From positions 2,464,001 through 2,528,000 of the forward strand of contig OY820905.2 in the NCBI GenBank assembly GCA_963555755.3: a stretch of DNA of 64,000 nucleotides, given 5' to 3'. A program made the translations under genes and the position numbers. This DNA comes from Nitrospirales bacterium. Lineage in GTDB: Bacteria; Nitrospirota; Nitrospiria; Nitrospirales; UBA8639. The notes beneath the pieces are model-generated. The model was not told the origin of the DNA. It saw nothing but the letters and a program-made list of their open reading frames with translations, and did no database searches. This document shows positions 47,596 through 57,029 of the stretch, in pieces (position 1 is the first letter of the stretch; each line of letters starts with the position of its first letter).

Positions 47596-48525
47596 ATGAA
47601 AATTTTGAATTTTTCAACGTCCCCTGAAGTAAGTCGATCAGCAACGCTTCGGGCCTCACTTGAACAGGGCACGTTGGCCGTGCCAGGAGCATTTAACGCC
47701 TTTTCGGCGCGGCTGATTGAGGAGTCCGGGATGCCCGCCGTGTATGTCTCTGGCGCGGGGCTGTCCGCGAGCCGAGGGTTGCCGGATATTGGGTTATTGT
47801 CCTTGGAAGAAGTCACTGAAGAAACTCGGCGGATTTGTCAGGCAGTGCGAATCCCGGTGATTGTGGATGCTGATACCGGCTTTGGGAACGTTGAGCAGGT
47901 ACGTCGAACGGTTCAGGCATTGGAAGCCGCCGGGGTTTCCGGCATTCAGCTTGAAGACCAAGTATTTCCCAAGCGGTGTGGGCATCTTTCCGGGAAGCAA
48001 ATCGTGAACTGCCAGGAAATGTGCGACAAAATTGCAGCAGCAGTTTCCGCGAAACACGATCGCGATTTATTGATCATCGCAAGAACCGATGCGCGTGCTA
48101 TCGAAGGGATTGAGGGCGCCATTGAGCGGGCTAAGGCCTATCAGGCAGTTGGGGCGGATGCCATTTTTCCCGAGGCGCTTGAGTCGGTGGAAGAGTTTGA
48201 GCGGTTTGCCATGAGTTTCAGGATGGCCCGGATTCCGCTCATGGCGAACATGACGGAATGGGGAAAGACCCCTATGCTCTCCGTCCACGAATTTTCACAG
48301 TTGGGTTATCACATGGTGCTGTTTCCCATGACGATGTTTCGAATGATGGCAAAATCGATGGAAATGGGGCTCATGGAATTGCAGTCCCGTGGAACGCAAA
48401 AAGAGCTTCTCGATCTGATGCAGCCTCGAAGTGAGTTGTACAGGGTGCTTCGTTATGAAACTAATGACGAACTGAATGGAATAAAGGAAGAAAGGCAGGT
48501 GTTGCATGTTGACGACGAGTCCTAA
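47596..48525 (+). CDS. prpB: Methylisocitrate lyase
   Basis: GLPDIG, DADTGFG, EDQVFPKRCGH, ARTDA, ANMTEWGKTP. Confidence 0.93.
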   Translation: MKILNFSTSPEVSRSATLRASLEQGTLAVPGAFNAFSARLIEESGMPAVYVSGAGLSASRGLPDIGLLSLEEVTEETRRICQAVRIPVIVDADTGFGNVEQVRRTVQALEAAGVSGIQLEDQVFPKRCGHLSGKQIVNCQEMCDKIAAAVSAKHDRDLLIIARTDARAIEGIEGAIERAKAYQAVGADAIFPEALESVEEFERFAMSFRMARIPLMANMTEWGKTPMLSVHEFSQLGYHMVLFPMTMFRMMAKSMEMGLMELQSRGTQKELLDLMQPRSELYRVLRYETNDELNGIKEERQVLHVDDES

Positions 48526-49636
48526 CTCTGGCCTTGAAGGTATAGTGGCGGGCGAGAGCGCTATTTGCTTGATAGATGAAGAAAAAAGCGAGTTGCGGTA
48601 TCGAGGCTATTTAGCCGAAGAACTGTCTGAGCGCGCGACGTACGAAGAAGTGGCCTATTTGCTTCTCAAGGGAGAATTGCCTTCCTCTCAGGCTTTGGAA
48701 GTGTGGAAAGACGAATTGGTCCAGGCTTCCATCCTTCCCGCCCTCATATTCCAGTGGTCCCGGATGGTACCGCCTCACGCTCACCCTATGGACATCCTTC
48801 GCACGGGGGTATCCTTGCTGGGGATGGTCGACCTGGAGGCGACCAAATCATCCTATGAGGCGAATATTCAGAAAGCGATCAAACTGCTGGCTCAGACGCC
48901 TCTTCTGGTGGCCATCGCCTCGCGACCGAACGAGAAGAAGACGCACCCGTTTCAGTTAATCAGAAGTCAATCGTTCGCGGAAAACCTGTTGTATTTTCTC
49001 ACAGGAGATCGCGATGCCGTTCATGCCAAAGAATTGGACATTTCGCTGATTTTGTATGCCGAACATGAGTTGAATGCCTCCACGTTTGCCGCGCGTGTGA
49101 CAGCCTCTACGCTGGCTGATATGTACGGCGCGGTGATGTCGGGAATTGCCGCGCTCAAGGGCCCCTTGCATGGCGGGGCCAACGAAGCCGTCGCGCAGAT
49201 GCTGACGAGCATTGGCGAGCCGGAAAAAGCCAAGGATTGGGTGCTGTCATTGCTGAGAAACAAACAACGGATCATGGGATTTGGCCATCGTGTATTGAAA
49301 CATGGTGATCCCCGCTCTGATGTCATGAAGCGACGAGCCAAGGCGCTGAGTGGCCAACTCGGAAACTGGCAGTGGTATGAGATGGCCGAACGCATTGACC
49401 AGACGATGCACGAGGAAAAAGGGATTCCTCCCAATCTCGACTTTTATACCGCCGTGGTCTATTTGTTATTGAGGATTCCCATCCCAGCCTATACCCCGAT
49501 TTTTGTGGCCAGCCGAATGTCAGGATGGTGCGCACACATTATTGAGCAACAAATGAACAACCGCATCATCCGTCCTCGTGCAACATACACGGGGCCTCCG
49601 AAACGGGAATTCCTTCCGATCTCGTATCGTACTTAA
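48506..49636 (+). CDS. prpC: 2-methylcitrate/citrate synthase
   Basis: AEHELNASTF, GPLHGGAN, MGFGHRV, PNLDF; operonic with prpD and prpB. Confidence 0.9.
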   Translation: MLTTSPNSGLEGIVAGESAICLIDEEKSELRYRGYLAEELSERATYEEVAYLLLKGELPSSQALEVWKDELVQASILPALIFQWSRMVPPHAHPMDILRTGVSLLGMVDLEATKSSYEANIQKAIKLLAQTPLLVAIASRPNEKKTHPFQLIRSQSFAENLLYFLTGDRDAVHAKELDISLILYAEHELNASTFAARVTASTLADMYGAVMSGIAALKGPLHGGANEAVAQMLTSIGEPEKAKDWVLSLLRNKQRIMGFGHRVLKHGDPRSDVMKRRAKALSGQLGNWQWYEMAERIDQTMHEEKGIPPNLDFYTAVVYLLLRIPIPAYTPIFVASRMSGWCAHIIEQQMNNRIIRPRATYTGPPKREFLPISYRT

Positions 49637-49689
49637 CAAATCGTTGCTCGTCGCGCAGGAAGAGAAAACGGAATGATTCCATTAAAATG

Positions 49690-49853
49690 CGGGGTTTCGG
49701 CAAAAGTGCCCAAAACCATTCTTGCCTGTGCGCGGCACTACGGGTCCCTCCGTCTCCGTCCCGAATAAGATGGCTCAGGAACTCGCTGCGCTCAAACAAC
49801 CTTCGCCAAAGAGGTCGATTCGGGACGGAGATTCCGCCGCACCCAACGCATAG
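49690..49853. repeat. Repeat/MITE family A partial copy
   Basis: TTTCGGCAAAAG...CCAAAACCATT...GATGGCTC.GGAACTCGCT..GCTCAAACA. Confidence 0.75.
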
Positions 49854-50055
49854 GACAAGAAAGATTCTCAACCTTCAGAAAAATATAGGGAATACCTTTT
49901 GGTGTGGCCCATTAATTTCCCCTGCCGTCGAAGGTTCTCTGGTCCGATGTGGCACTGCAAGACCTGACCCCCAGCCGGTTTGATCCCAAGCCATAGGGCA
50001 GACCAGAGAAGTTACAGTATTAAGTCAAGACTTGCCCCGCATCGCAGGAACCAAC

Positions 50056-50490
50056 TTATTGGAGTAAAGGGTTGCGAGGAGAAAGAGTGGGGAATCGACT
50101 GAAATCACGATCCGCGGTCCATAACTCTTGAATACCATGATGTCGACAAAGGGCCGCAATGCGGGCATCATGTATGAGAGGACCTTGGATTTTGCCCTCC
50201 ACCACAGCTTGTCGCAGGACCGGCCAATACCCATTTGTTTCTGAAAGAAGCGTGGCCCGGGGGGATTCTAACCATGCGTCCACTTGCTCGCAGGCTCTCT
50301 GTAAGGGGGTAGGCGGTTTGAAGATTCGCGGGTGAGTCACGATCGCCAGAAACTCATGCAGACATGGCCAGGGAATGGCCCATGGTGTGGCCCCTTCAGC
50401 TAAGTTGGCCAGATGGTGGTAGGCTGACTCATGCCAGGGGGAATCTTCCCGATGGGCATACACCAAGATATTGGTATCAACGGCAATCAC
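50056..50490 (-). CDS. vapC: VapC-family PIN toxin
   Basis: IAVDTNILVYA, CLHEF, HDARIAAL, WTADRDFSRF. Confidence 0.92.
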   Translation of the reverse strand: MIAVDTNILVYAHREDSPWHESAYHHLANLAEGATPWAIPWPCLHEFLAIVTHPRIFKPPTPLQRACEQVDAWLESPRATLLSETNGYWPVLRQAVVEGKIQGPLIHDARIAALCRHHGIQELWTADRDFSRFPTLSPRNPLLQ

Positions 50491-50732
50491 CCGCCGCGAC
50501 CTTCATACGCTCGTTCCCGCATGGCTTCCCACGTGGCCCCTGCCATATCTGGCTGAAGGCCTTTTCCTTTAAAGGTCGCCTTTCGAAGGCGGAACATCTC
50601 TGAACGTTGATGCTGGCTGATGACTCGCCGTAACCCTTCTTCCACCAACGCTTTCACCGTGGTCCGATTATTGGCTGCGAGTTTTTTGGCCTCATCTAAA
50701 AGTGATTGAGGTATATCAACAGTTGTCTTCAC
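50487..50732 (-). CDS. vapB: VapB-type ribbon-helix-helix antitoxin
   Basis: MKTTVDIPQSLLDEAK...LVEEGLR; overlaps the vapC start. Confidence 0.88.
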   Translation of the reverse strand: MKTTVDIPQSLLDEAKKLAANNRTTVKALVEEGLRRVISQHQRSEMFRLRKATFKGKGLQPDMAGATWEAMRERAYEGRGG

Positions 50733-50924
50733 CCATATAGATGTATCATGAAATATGGGTATATGTCAAAAAGGATTACACTCATTAATTAATGGTGCGT
50801 TATGCCCTTGATATCCATCATGGTGACTTCACCTTTTCCTGGGAGTGTCCCAGGAGCCAAGTAGGGGTAGAGTACGACCGGGCTTCTACACACCAAAGAA
50901 AACCGTGCCGAACTCGGGGCAGGG

Positions 50925-51184
50925 ATGAGATGGCCGAACGCATTGACCAGACGATGCACGAGGAAAAAGGGATGCCTCCCAATCTCGACTTTTATACCGC
51001 CGTGGTCTATTTGTTATTGAGGATTCCCATCCCAGCCTATACCCCGATTTTTGTGGCCAGCCGAATGTCAGGATGGTGCGCACACATTATTGAGCAACAA
51101 ATGAACAACCGCATCATCCGTCCCCGGGCCACATACAATGGGCCCTCGAACCGGGAATATCTTCCGATCTCGTATCGCTCTTAA
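50925..51184 (+). pseudogene. Duplicated 3' end (260 bp) of prpC
   Basis: Direct repeat of 49377-49636 (offset 1548), nearly identical except near the stop. Confidence 0.92.
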
Positions 51185-51246
51185 GGGAATGTTGAGGAAC
51201 ATAAACATGAAGACAGATCTTATTATGCCAGTATTTTCCTTCTGAC

Positions 51247-51783
51247 TTACTTGGTCTCCTTGCTCGTCTTTAGAGTGATGTCGATTACCATGTCGTCGGC
51301 CAGCTTTTCGAGAGCCGTGCGGATCTGTTCGAAATCGACTCTGGCGGGTGGGACAAGCTCGGCCTCGGCACGAAAGAGCCGCTCTCCTGACATGGGAGCA
51401 CTCTCGATGACGGTCCGGAGTTCCTGAATGTTGACCCCGAGCGCCGCCAAGGTACACGAAATATCCCGCATGATCCCTGGCCGGTCTTGTCCTACCAGGT
51501 CGAGTCGCAACGATTCTCGATGGTCAACGACCGTAAGAGACCAGTCGCTATCGACGACGCTGACGGAAAGCCCTTGGTCGGCTAGCGTGGGAAGCAAAGC
51601 GATAAGCCCCTCTGCAAGGTCCTCCTGGATGTGAATCTGGACAACCCCTGCGAAGTGGCCTGCAAGGCGTGCCATGCGGCTCTCGTCCCAACTCCCCTCG
51701 TGCCGAGCGATTAAATCCGCCAGTGCTTCAACCAGGCCCGGTTGATCTTTGCCGATTACCGTCAGAACCAGAACACGCGCCAT
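51247..51783 (-). CDS. Tandem-ACT-domain protein (GcvR-like)
   Basis: LTVIGKDQPGLV and LVGQDRPGIM ACT motifs; SAPMSGE; start at ATG 51783. Confidence 0.88.
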   Translation of the reverse strand: MARVLVLTVIGKDQPGLVEALADLIARHEGSWDESRMARLAGHFAGVVQIHIQEDLAEGLIALLPTLADQGLSVSVVDSDWSLTVVDHRESLRLDLVGQDRPGIMRDISCTLAALGVNIQELRTVIESAPMSGERLFRAEAELVPPARVDFEQIRTALEKLADDMVIDITLKTSKETK

Positions 51784-51890
51784 ATTTATTCGTACCTCGA
51801 AAAAGAATTGTCGGTTGGGGTTGGGGGTCAAGTATTGACTTACTATATTTCTTTCGCAAGAGCCAGCCGAAAAAGGGGCAATCCTATTTA

Positions 51891-52033
51891 AGGGCACCTC
51901 TAAAAACCGTCCTTTTCCGTGAGGGCGGCGTCAGCCGCGTGCTCACATCCTCATGTATTCGCCCATACACTCCGGTTTTCCGCGCGCGGCTTCCTTGCCC
52001 TCACAAAAAATGCCGGGTTTTTAGAGGTGCCCT
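51891..52033. mobile_element. MITE family D (17-bp TIR AGGGCACCTCTAAAAAC)
   Basis: Perfect TIRs at 51891-51907 and 52017-52033, flanked by TTA/TAA. Confidence 0.8.
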
Positions 52034-52105
52034 TAATATTGCATTATGGATTTTTGGTCAATTCTCACATTCCTACTTTTTCTGCTATTCCGACACCCGA
52101 AGCAG

Positions 52106-52156
52106 GGGGGCAGAGTGCTTGATTCAATTCTGAATTATATCAAGCACTCTGCCCCC
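52106..52156. repeat. Long hairpin
   Basis: GGGGGCAGAGTGCTTGAT ... ATCAAGCACTCTGCCCCC 18-bp perfect stem. Confidence 0.75.
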
Positions 52157-52311
52157 TTACCATCCCTACTTTGAGCGGACGCGGGCCGAGTATTTATCCG
52201 CCCATGGGTTGTCTGTGGCGGAGCTACAAAAACAGGGTACGTCGTATTTGGTGATGCATGCGGAAGTGTTTTGCCGATCCTCGGCCCACTGAGGAATGTT
52301 TTGCCTTGGCG

Positions 52312-53268
52312 TCAAGAGTGCCCTTTTCTTCGTCGATTGAGGCGAGCTCGGAGGGATCGTTCAGCTTTATATTCGGTGACGTAGCGAGTCTCAAAGAGGG
52401 CCACGGGATTGAGATCTCGCACATGGTTTTCATCCCAACTAATATGCAATTGATCAATCATGGTGATGGGTGGCGTGGCGCCATCATCACCTAACGCATG
52501 TTCCACATACGACCGGGAGAACAGTATAATTTCGTTGTCAAAAAGGGCCGAATTGATTTGGCCTTTGACCCCTTGTTTTTTGTATTCGGCCGCCAGTCGT
52601 TGGAAGGTCAGCGTTTGACCGAGTTCCTCGCGAAAGGCAAAAAACGTTGAGACGCCCACCAACTTCTGGTCGTTGAGGACTTGGAGAGCTTCAGCGATTT
52701 TTTCTTCTTTGGTGAGCTGATCTTTCGTGAAAATAAACAATCGGCGAATCTTCACCCCTCGTTTGATGGCAAATTTACTGCCCATCAGATAATTGGGAAA
52801 CAGGGGCCCCTCTCTTCTCCAGACTTTCCAGCGCTCTATAATGGAATCTACTGAACTCTCCGTGGTCCTCAGGATTCGGTCCATTTCCGTATAGGCGATA
52901 TTCCCTTCATAGGACAGCATTTGGGATTCTAATTGCCGAAGGTCGTGGCCAATATCTTGGACCTTTTGCGGAATATACCGAGGGTGTTCAGGAACATTAA
53001 TCAGGACATCCACGGCTGTCAGAGCCATTTCCCAATGTTCTTTTTCTCCGGTTGGGGCTTTGTCCCTTTGGGCGACAAGGAGGAGTTCGACAGGATTCTT
53101 CTCGAGTAAGTTCGCAATTCTAATGCAGACAGCGGTATTGGGAACTTTCTTGCCACGACGAAACCAGTTGGCCTCGGGTTGGCTCACCTTGAGTTTTTTC
53201 GCAAGGGTGTAGTCACTGGTGACCCCATATTTTTTTTTGACTTGTTCAATGTAACGCGGAATGCCCAT
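52312..53268 (-). CDS. XRE/phage-repressor-like HTH protein with a large uncharacterised C-terminal domain
   Basis: TSDYTLAKKLKVSQPEANWFRRG HTH; GGAGGAG RBS. Confidence 0.75.
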   Translation of the reverse strand: MGIPRYIEQVKKKYGVTSDYTLAKKLKVSQPEANWFRRGKKVPNTAVCIRIANLLEKNPVELLLVAQRDKAPTGEKEHWEMALTAVDVLINVPEHPRYIPQKVQDIGHDLRQLESQMLSYEGNIAYTEMDRILRTTESSVDSIIERWKVWRREGPLFPNYLMGSKFAIKRGVKIRRLFIFTKDQLTKEEKIAEALQVLNDQKLVGVSTFFAFREELGQTLTFQRLAAEYKKQGVKGQINSALFDNEIILFSRSYVEHALGDDGATPPITMIDQLHISWDENHVRDLNPVALFETRYVTEYKAERSLRARLNRRRKGHS

Positions 53269-53585
53269 ATGACTCCTCCTCCGGGAACTCCAAGAATAGT
53301 GAAGAAATGGGTTAAGAGCAAATGATTTCTAGATGGGGTAAGGAAAGGGCCAAAAAGGAAGAGTGAGGGTCTGTCACTGTCAGGAGCACAACGCACGACT
53401 TCGTAGATGCGTTCCGCACCATGCGGAAAAGAACGTTTGCCGCGTAATGCCAAATTTGATGGCCTGCAGGCCATCCCATTATTGAATGTCATTGATGGCT
53501 ACGTTGGCCTAACCTGAGGTTTCTTGATTTCGCGAATGTGCTCCTCACTGTTAAAAAGATCACTGGGATATTTGGTGTTCATGAG

Positions 53586-53969
53586 TTACTTCTGCAGCTG
53601 AAATCGCCGGCGAATGGTTTCGACTCGTTTGCGGTTCGCTCCAAGGTCGGAGTAGCCGACTCGCGAAGCCGACCGAACATGGATCACCTTCTGGGTGTCA
53701 TCGAATGCAAAGTCCAGATCATCGGTAAAACGAAAAATCAATGAGGTGGATTCTGCCCGAAGGTACGTGGGCTCCTCTTCCACAATTCTGGTGCGTGGCA
53801 AGGAGGTGAGGATTTGCATTATCCGCGCCTTAGCCTCCTGAAGGGAATCATGATAGGCAATCGGGTCAATGAAATGGTCGGCATCCGAGCTTTGTGAGGA
53901 CACGCAGTTTGGGGACTGGGAGCAAGGCGGCAAGCTTTTGAGGCCTGGACTTTCGGCATCTGGGTTCAT
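53586..53969 (-). CDS. DUF1499 family protein
   Basis: CSQSPNCVSSQ, FRFTDD, VRSASRVGYSDLGANRKRVE. Confidence 0.88.
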   Translation of the reverse strand: MNPDAESPGLKSLPPCSQSPNCVSSQSSDADHFIDPIAYHDSLQEAKARIMQILTSLPRTRIVEEEPTYLRAESTSLIFRFTDDLDFAFDDTQKVIHVRSASRVGYSDLGANRKRVETIRRRFQLQK

Positions 53970-54517
53970 GGCTTCTTTGCCTTGTTCCTTCCTTCCAACG
54001 TGAGAAGTATGACTTTGATAGGCAAGCCTCCGCCGTACCCCACCAATTGGCCCGTGCTGCCGATGACTCGGTGGCATGGCACGATAATCGAAAGCGGATT
54101 TTTTCCGTTGGCAGCACCCACAGCCCGAGAGGCATGTGGGTGGCCAATAGCCTTCGCGATCTCGCCATACGAAACGGTCTTGCCATAGGGAATGGTTCTC
54201 AAGGCGCGCCAGACCTTTTGTTGAAACGGGGTTCCTGCCGGGTCCGTTTTAATCGTGAATGTTTTGAGTGTGCCTGAGAAATAGGCTGTTAATTGGCGAA
54301 TGGTTTCCCGGAAGGGTCGCGGGGCATTGATCCAGGAAGCCTCAGGTTGTATGGGATGTTTTCCCTTTTGGAAGGAAAGAAGCGCGAGCCGGTCATTGTG
54401 TCCCGCAAGAAGGAGTTTCCCCACGGGACTATCGATGATGCAGAAGGTGGTGGCTGGCAACCCCGCCTTCTTTTGTGAGGGTTTCTGACGAGAATTTTGG
54501 AGTGTGTTGGATGCCAT
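53966..54517 (-). CDS. ogt: Methylated-DNA--protein-cysteine methyltransferase
   Basis: GTPFQQKVW, IPYG, RAVGAANGKNP, PCHRV active site. Confidence 0.95.
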   Translation of the reverse strand: MASNTLQNSRQKPSQKKAGLPATTFCIIDSPVGKLLLAGHNDRLALLSFQKGKHPIQPEASWINAPRPFRETIRQLTAYFSGTLKTFTIKTDPAGTPFQQKVWRALRTIPYGKTVSYGEIAKAIGHPHASRAVGAANGKNPLSIIVPCHRVIGSTGQLVGYGGGLPIKVILLTLEGRNKAKKP

Positions 54518-54543
54518 CGGTACCTGTTTTTTACCGGTACGCG

Positions 54544-55107
54544 TTATCCATACCCAGGAGCGGTATCTTCATCACGTGATTCTTTGGCTGCCTCTTTCGT
54601 AGCTTGCTCTTGATTCGCAAGGGCATAGGCTTGGTCGATTTCGAAAAGATCCTGGGATGTCAAATATCGAATGGCCGTGCATGCAAGGATTTTTTGGCTC
54701 ACTTTTCCTTTTAATTGAATGTTGGCCACTGCATCGGCGCCCAAGGCTCGAGCCTTTTGAAGAAGGATCACATGCAGCTCACCCCAATTGACTGTCTTCT
54801 TGTCTGGGGGTTGATGGGCTTCCAACTCATCCAACGTTTCATACGGCACATCCGGCAAGGCGTCCAGAATGGGAATAGGACGATCGCTGTTAGGGGGTTC
54901 TTCCGAAATGGGGGTCGGCGTCGCGGTCGGTTCCTCCACTCGTGGGGCTCGGGCTGCATTAATATCAAAGGTCTTTAATCGCAAAGCGGCTAACGCGGCT
55001 TCATGTTCATTACTGCTGTGCGAGAGACGCTTTAGCTTTTCCACACGTTCAAGCGCTTCCTGAAGGCTCATTCGAGCCCCGGATTTGCGAAGGGCATTGA
55101 CTGGCAT
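54544..55107 (-). CDS. Hypothetical protein (DUF2786-like N-terminus; YbjQ-like segment)
   Basis: VEKLKRLSHSSNEHEAALA; LLQKARALGADAV. Confidence 0.65.
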   Translation of the reverse strand: MPVNALRKSGARMSLQEALERVEKLKRLSHSSNEHEAALAALRLKTFDINAARAPRVEEPTATPTPISEEPPNSDRPIPILDALPDVPYETLDELEAHQPPDKKTVNWGELHVILLQKARALGADAVANIQLKGKVSQKILACTAIRYLTSQDLFEIDQAYALANQEQATKEAAKESRDEDTAPGYG

Positions 55108-55132
55108 ACAGATACTCCACTCGTTGAATAAT

Positions 55133-55297
55133 GGGAATGTTGAAAAAGCATGCCCCCGCGGAGGCGGGGGGGCGTCAGCGGCGTTCTCGACCCTTTGTCG
55201 TGCTCACGTACTATGAGTACGCTCCGCGCGTCAAAGGGCCTGCGGCCTTTCCTTCGATAAACTCAGGACAGGACTGAGCGCACCTTTTTAACATCCC
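55133..55297. mobile_element. MITE family C copy
   Basis: TIR and core as in 33499-33620; shares extended flanks with 56607-56821. Confidence 0.8.
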
Positions 55298-55626
55298 CTC
55301 TTGCTCTTGACGTTTTATAAGATGAGTTACACGTGAATGGTATCAGAAAATTTTTCCAATTGTTGAACGGTCACACAATCGAAAGTTCGTGCTTGAAACA
55401 AGGAAAAGGAAATTGGCTATATCACGTCGGACCCCCGCTTTAATGAAGGCGAACTTAAGGAACACAGCGTGACCTGCTCCTGATGATTTCTACCTATCCG
55501 AAAAACGAGTTGTCAACCCGGGTGACGTGGCCTTGAATCCTGAAGCAGGTGGACGGAAGTACTAGGAATAGGGAATGAGGACCCAGATTACTGAATAGGA
55601 ACACAGTCGGGCGCGAGGTGATTTGA

Positions 55627-56376
55627 TTAGGGGGTAAGCTGGCAAGCCCGAGCGATACTATCTCGATACCGTAACCAGAGTCGCAGGGATTTCCGCAAAG
55701 CGGTCAAAATCGAATCTTGGTCCCTACGAGTGTTTGTGTGTTGGACGACCATATCATAGGCATTATGACGGTGGCCGTTCTCGACCATTTGATGGGCTCT
55801 GCTCAGGTCCATGCAGGCTGGAGAAAGACCGTGATAGCGCACGAGAGGATGGCGTTTTATCTGCGCTTCCATTTGCCGTGCGGTTTTGGCTTTTGAAGGA
55901 TGGTGAATTTCTTGCCGGTCATGGATGCTGCCTTCAACAAAAATGGTCAGCACCGCAGCTCCCAAAACCCAATTCTGATTCATCGACGCCTGATCAAGCC
56001 AACCCCGATAATGACGGCTCGCGGGGAGCAAGGTCATGGTTTCAAATGCACCATTTCTAAATCCTAACCCTTCCATCATCGTCAAAAAGAGTTCCGGGTG
56101 AGACGTTCCCAACGATAGTTGTCCGGTATCTTCCTCAAAAATGTTTTCCGCCAGCATTTGGCGAACGTCCATTGGCGGATTTTTGCCATAAATACGTGCC
56201 AGCAAGACAGGGAAGTCGCGAACATATACCGCATATTCCTGTTGAAAATGGATTTTGAGTTGTGCCTTGGAGATCCAGTTCCCCGCAAACTGGGGCCAGG
56301 CCCAATGGTGTTTCTCGTCCATGACAGCCAATAGCTGATTGCGGAAGTGTGAGGGTGTCAACGGTTTCGAAATCAT
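55627..56376 (-). CDS. Second heme-oxygenase-like diiron (PqqC/TenA/CADD-fold) protein
   Basis: ENIFEEDTG...SHPELF, IFVEG, AHQMVENGH ligand pattern; start at ATG 56376. Confidence 0.8.
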   Translation of the reverse strand: MISKPLTPSHFRNQLLAVMDEKHHWAWPQFAGNWISKAQLKIHFQQEYAVYVRDFPVLLARIYGKNPPMDVRQMLAENIFEEDTGQLSLGTSHPELFLTMMEGLGFRNGAFETMTLLPASRHYRGWLDQASMNQNWVLGAAVLTIFVEGSIHDRQEIHHPSKAKTARQMEAQIKRHPLVRYHGLSPACMDLSRAHQMVENGHRHNAYDMVVQHTNTRRDQDSILTALRKSLRLWLRYRDSIARACQLTP

Positions 56377-56606
56377 ATGTGTTCTAACTGTATCGAGATA
56401 TACAAAAATCCAGGCTTCAAGAGAATCCCTTTCTTCATACACTCTTGTGGGTATCTTCGGTTGAGTTGAGACCAGACCAAAGTCTCAAATCAGGTGTGAA
56501 CATTGTGTGATGGGAGGCTTACTACCCGCAGGACTTATGACAAATGGCACAAAACCGCCATCCTTTTGAAGTTACGTATAGAAACCTAGCGCATTGAGCT
56601 AATAAT

Positions 56607-56821
56607 GGGAATGTTGAAAAAGCATGCCCCCGCGGAGGCGGGGGGGCGTCAGCGGCGTTCCCTGCCTTCGCCGTAGCAGCTTCGCGTTTACGCACTGTAG
56701 CCGCTACAACGCGCAAGCGTGCTGGCAGGTCGGCACTTTGACGTGCTTCACGTACTAATGAGTACGCTCCGCGCGTCAAAGTGCCTGCGGCCTTGCTGAG
56801 CGCACATTTTTGATCATCCCC
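56607..56821. mobile_element. MITE family C copy with nested insert
   Basis: GGGAATGTTGAAAAAG ... TTTTTGATCATCCCC. Confidence 0.8.
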
Positions 56822-57029
56822 TGTTGTTCTAGATGAGTCACATGAGAACGGCATTGTGAAGAATTTTCAATTATTCAACGGTTCCATAATTTAACCCAAG
56901 TCCGTATCTCTGATGTCAAATGTTTTCACGGTGGAGTGAATCTGGGAGTGTGGGCTAAGGTTAGTTGAAAATTGAAGTGACTCCCTCAACTGTGGTGAGA
57001 TGGCGTTCGACCAAGAACCGACATCTTTC

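Noticed and set aside
50792..51184. 130-aa ORF as a second citrate synthase
   Set aside because: Only the last ~85 codons are a prpC duplicate; the N-terminus is unrelated sequence
55420..55620. 6S RNA
   Set aside because: No convincing end-to-end rod structure, and not in a gene context I associate with 6S RNA
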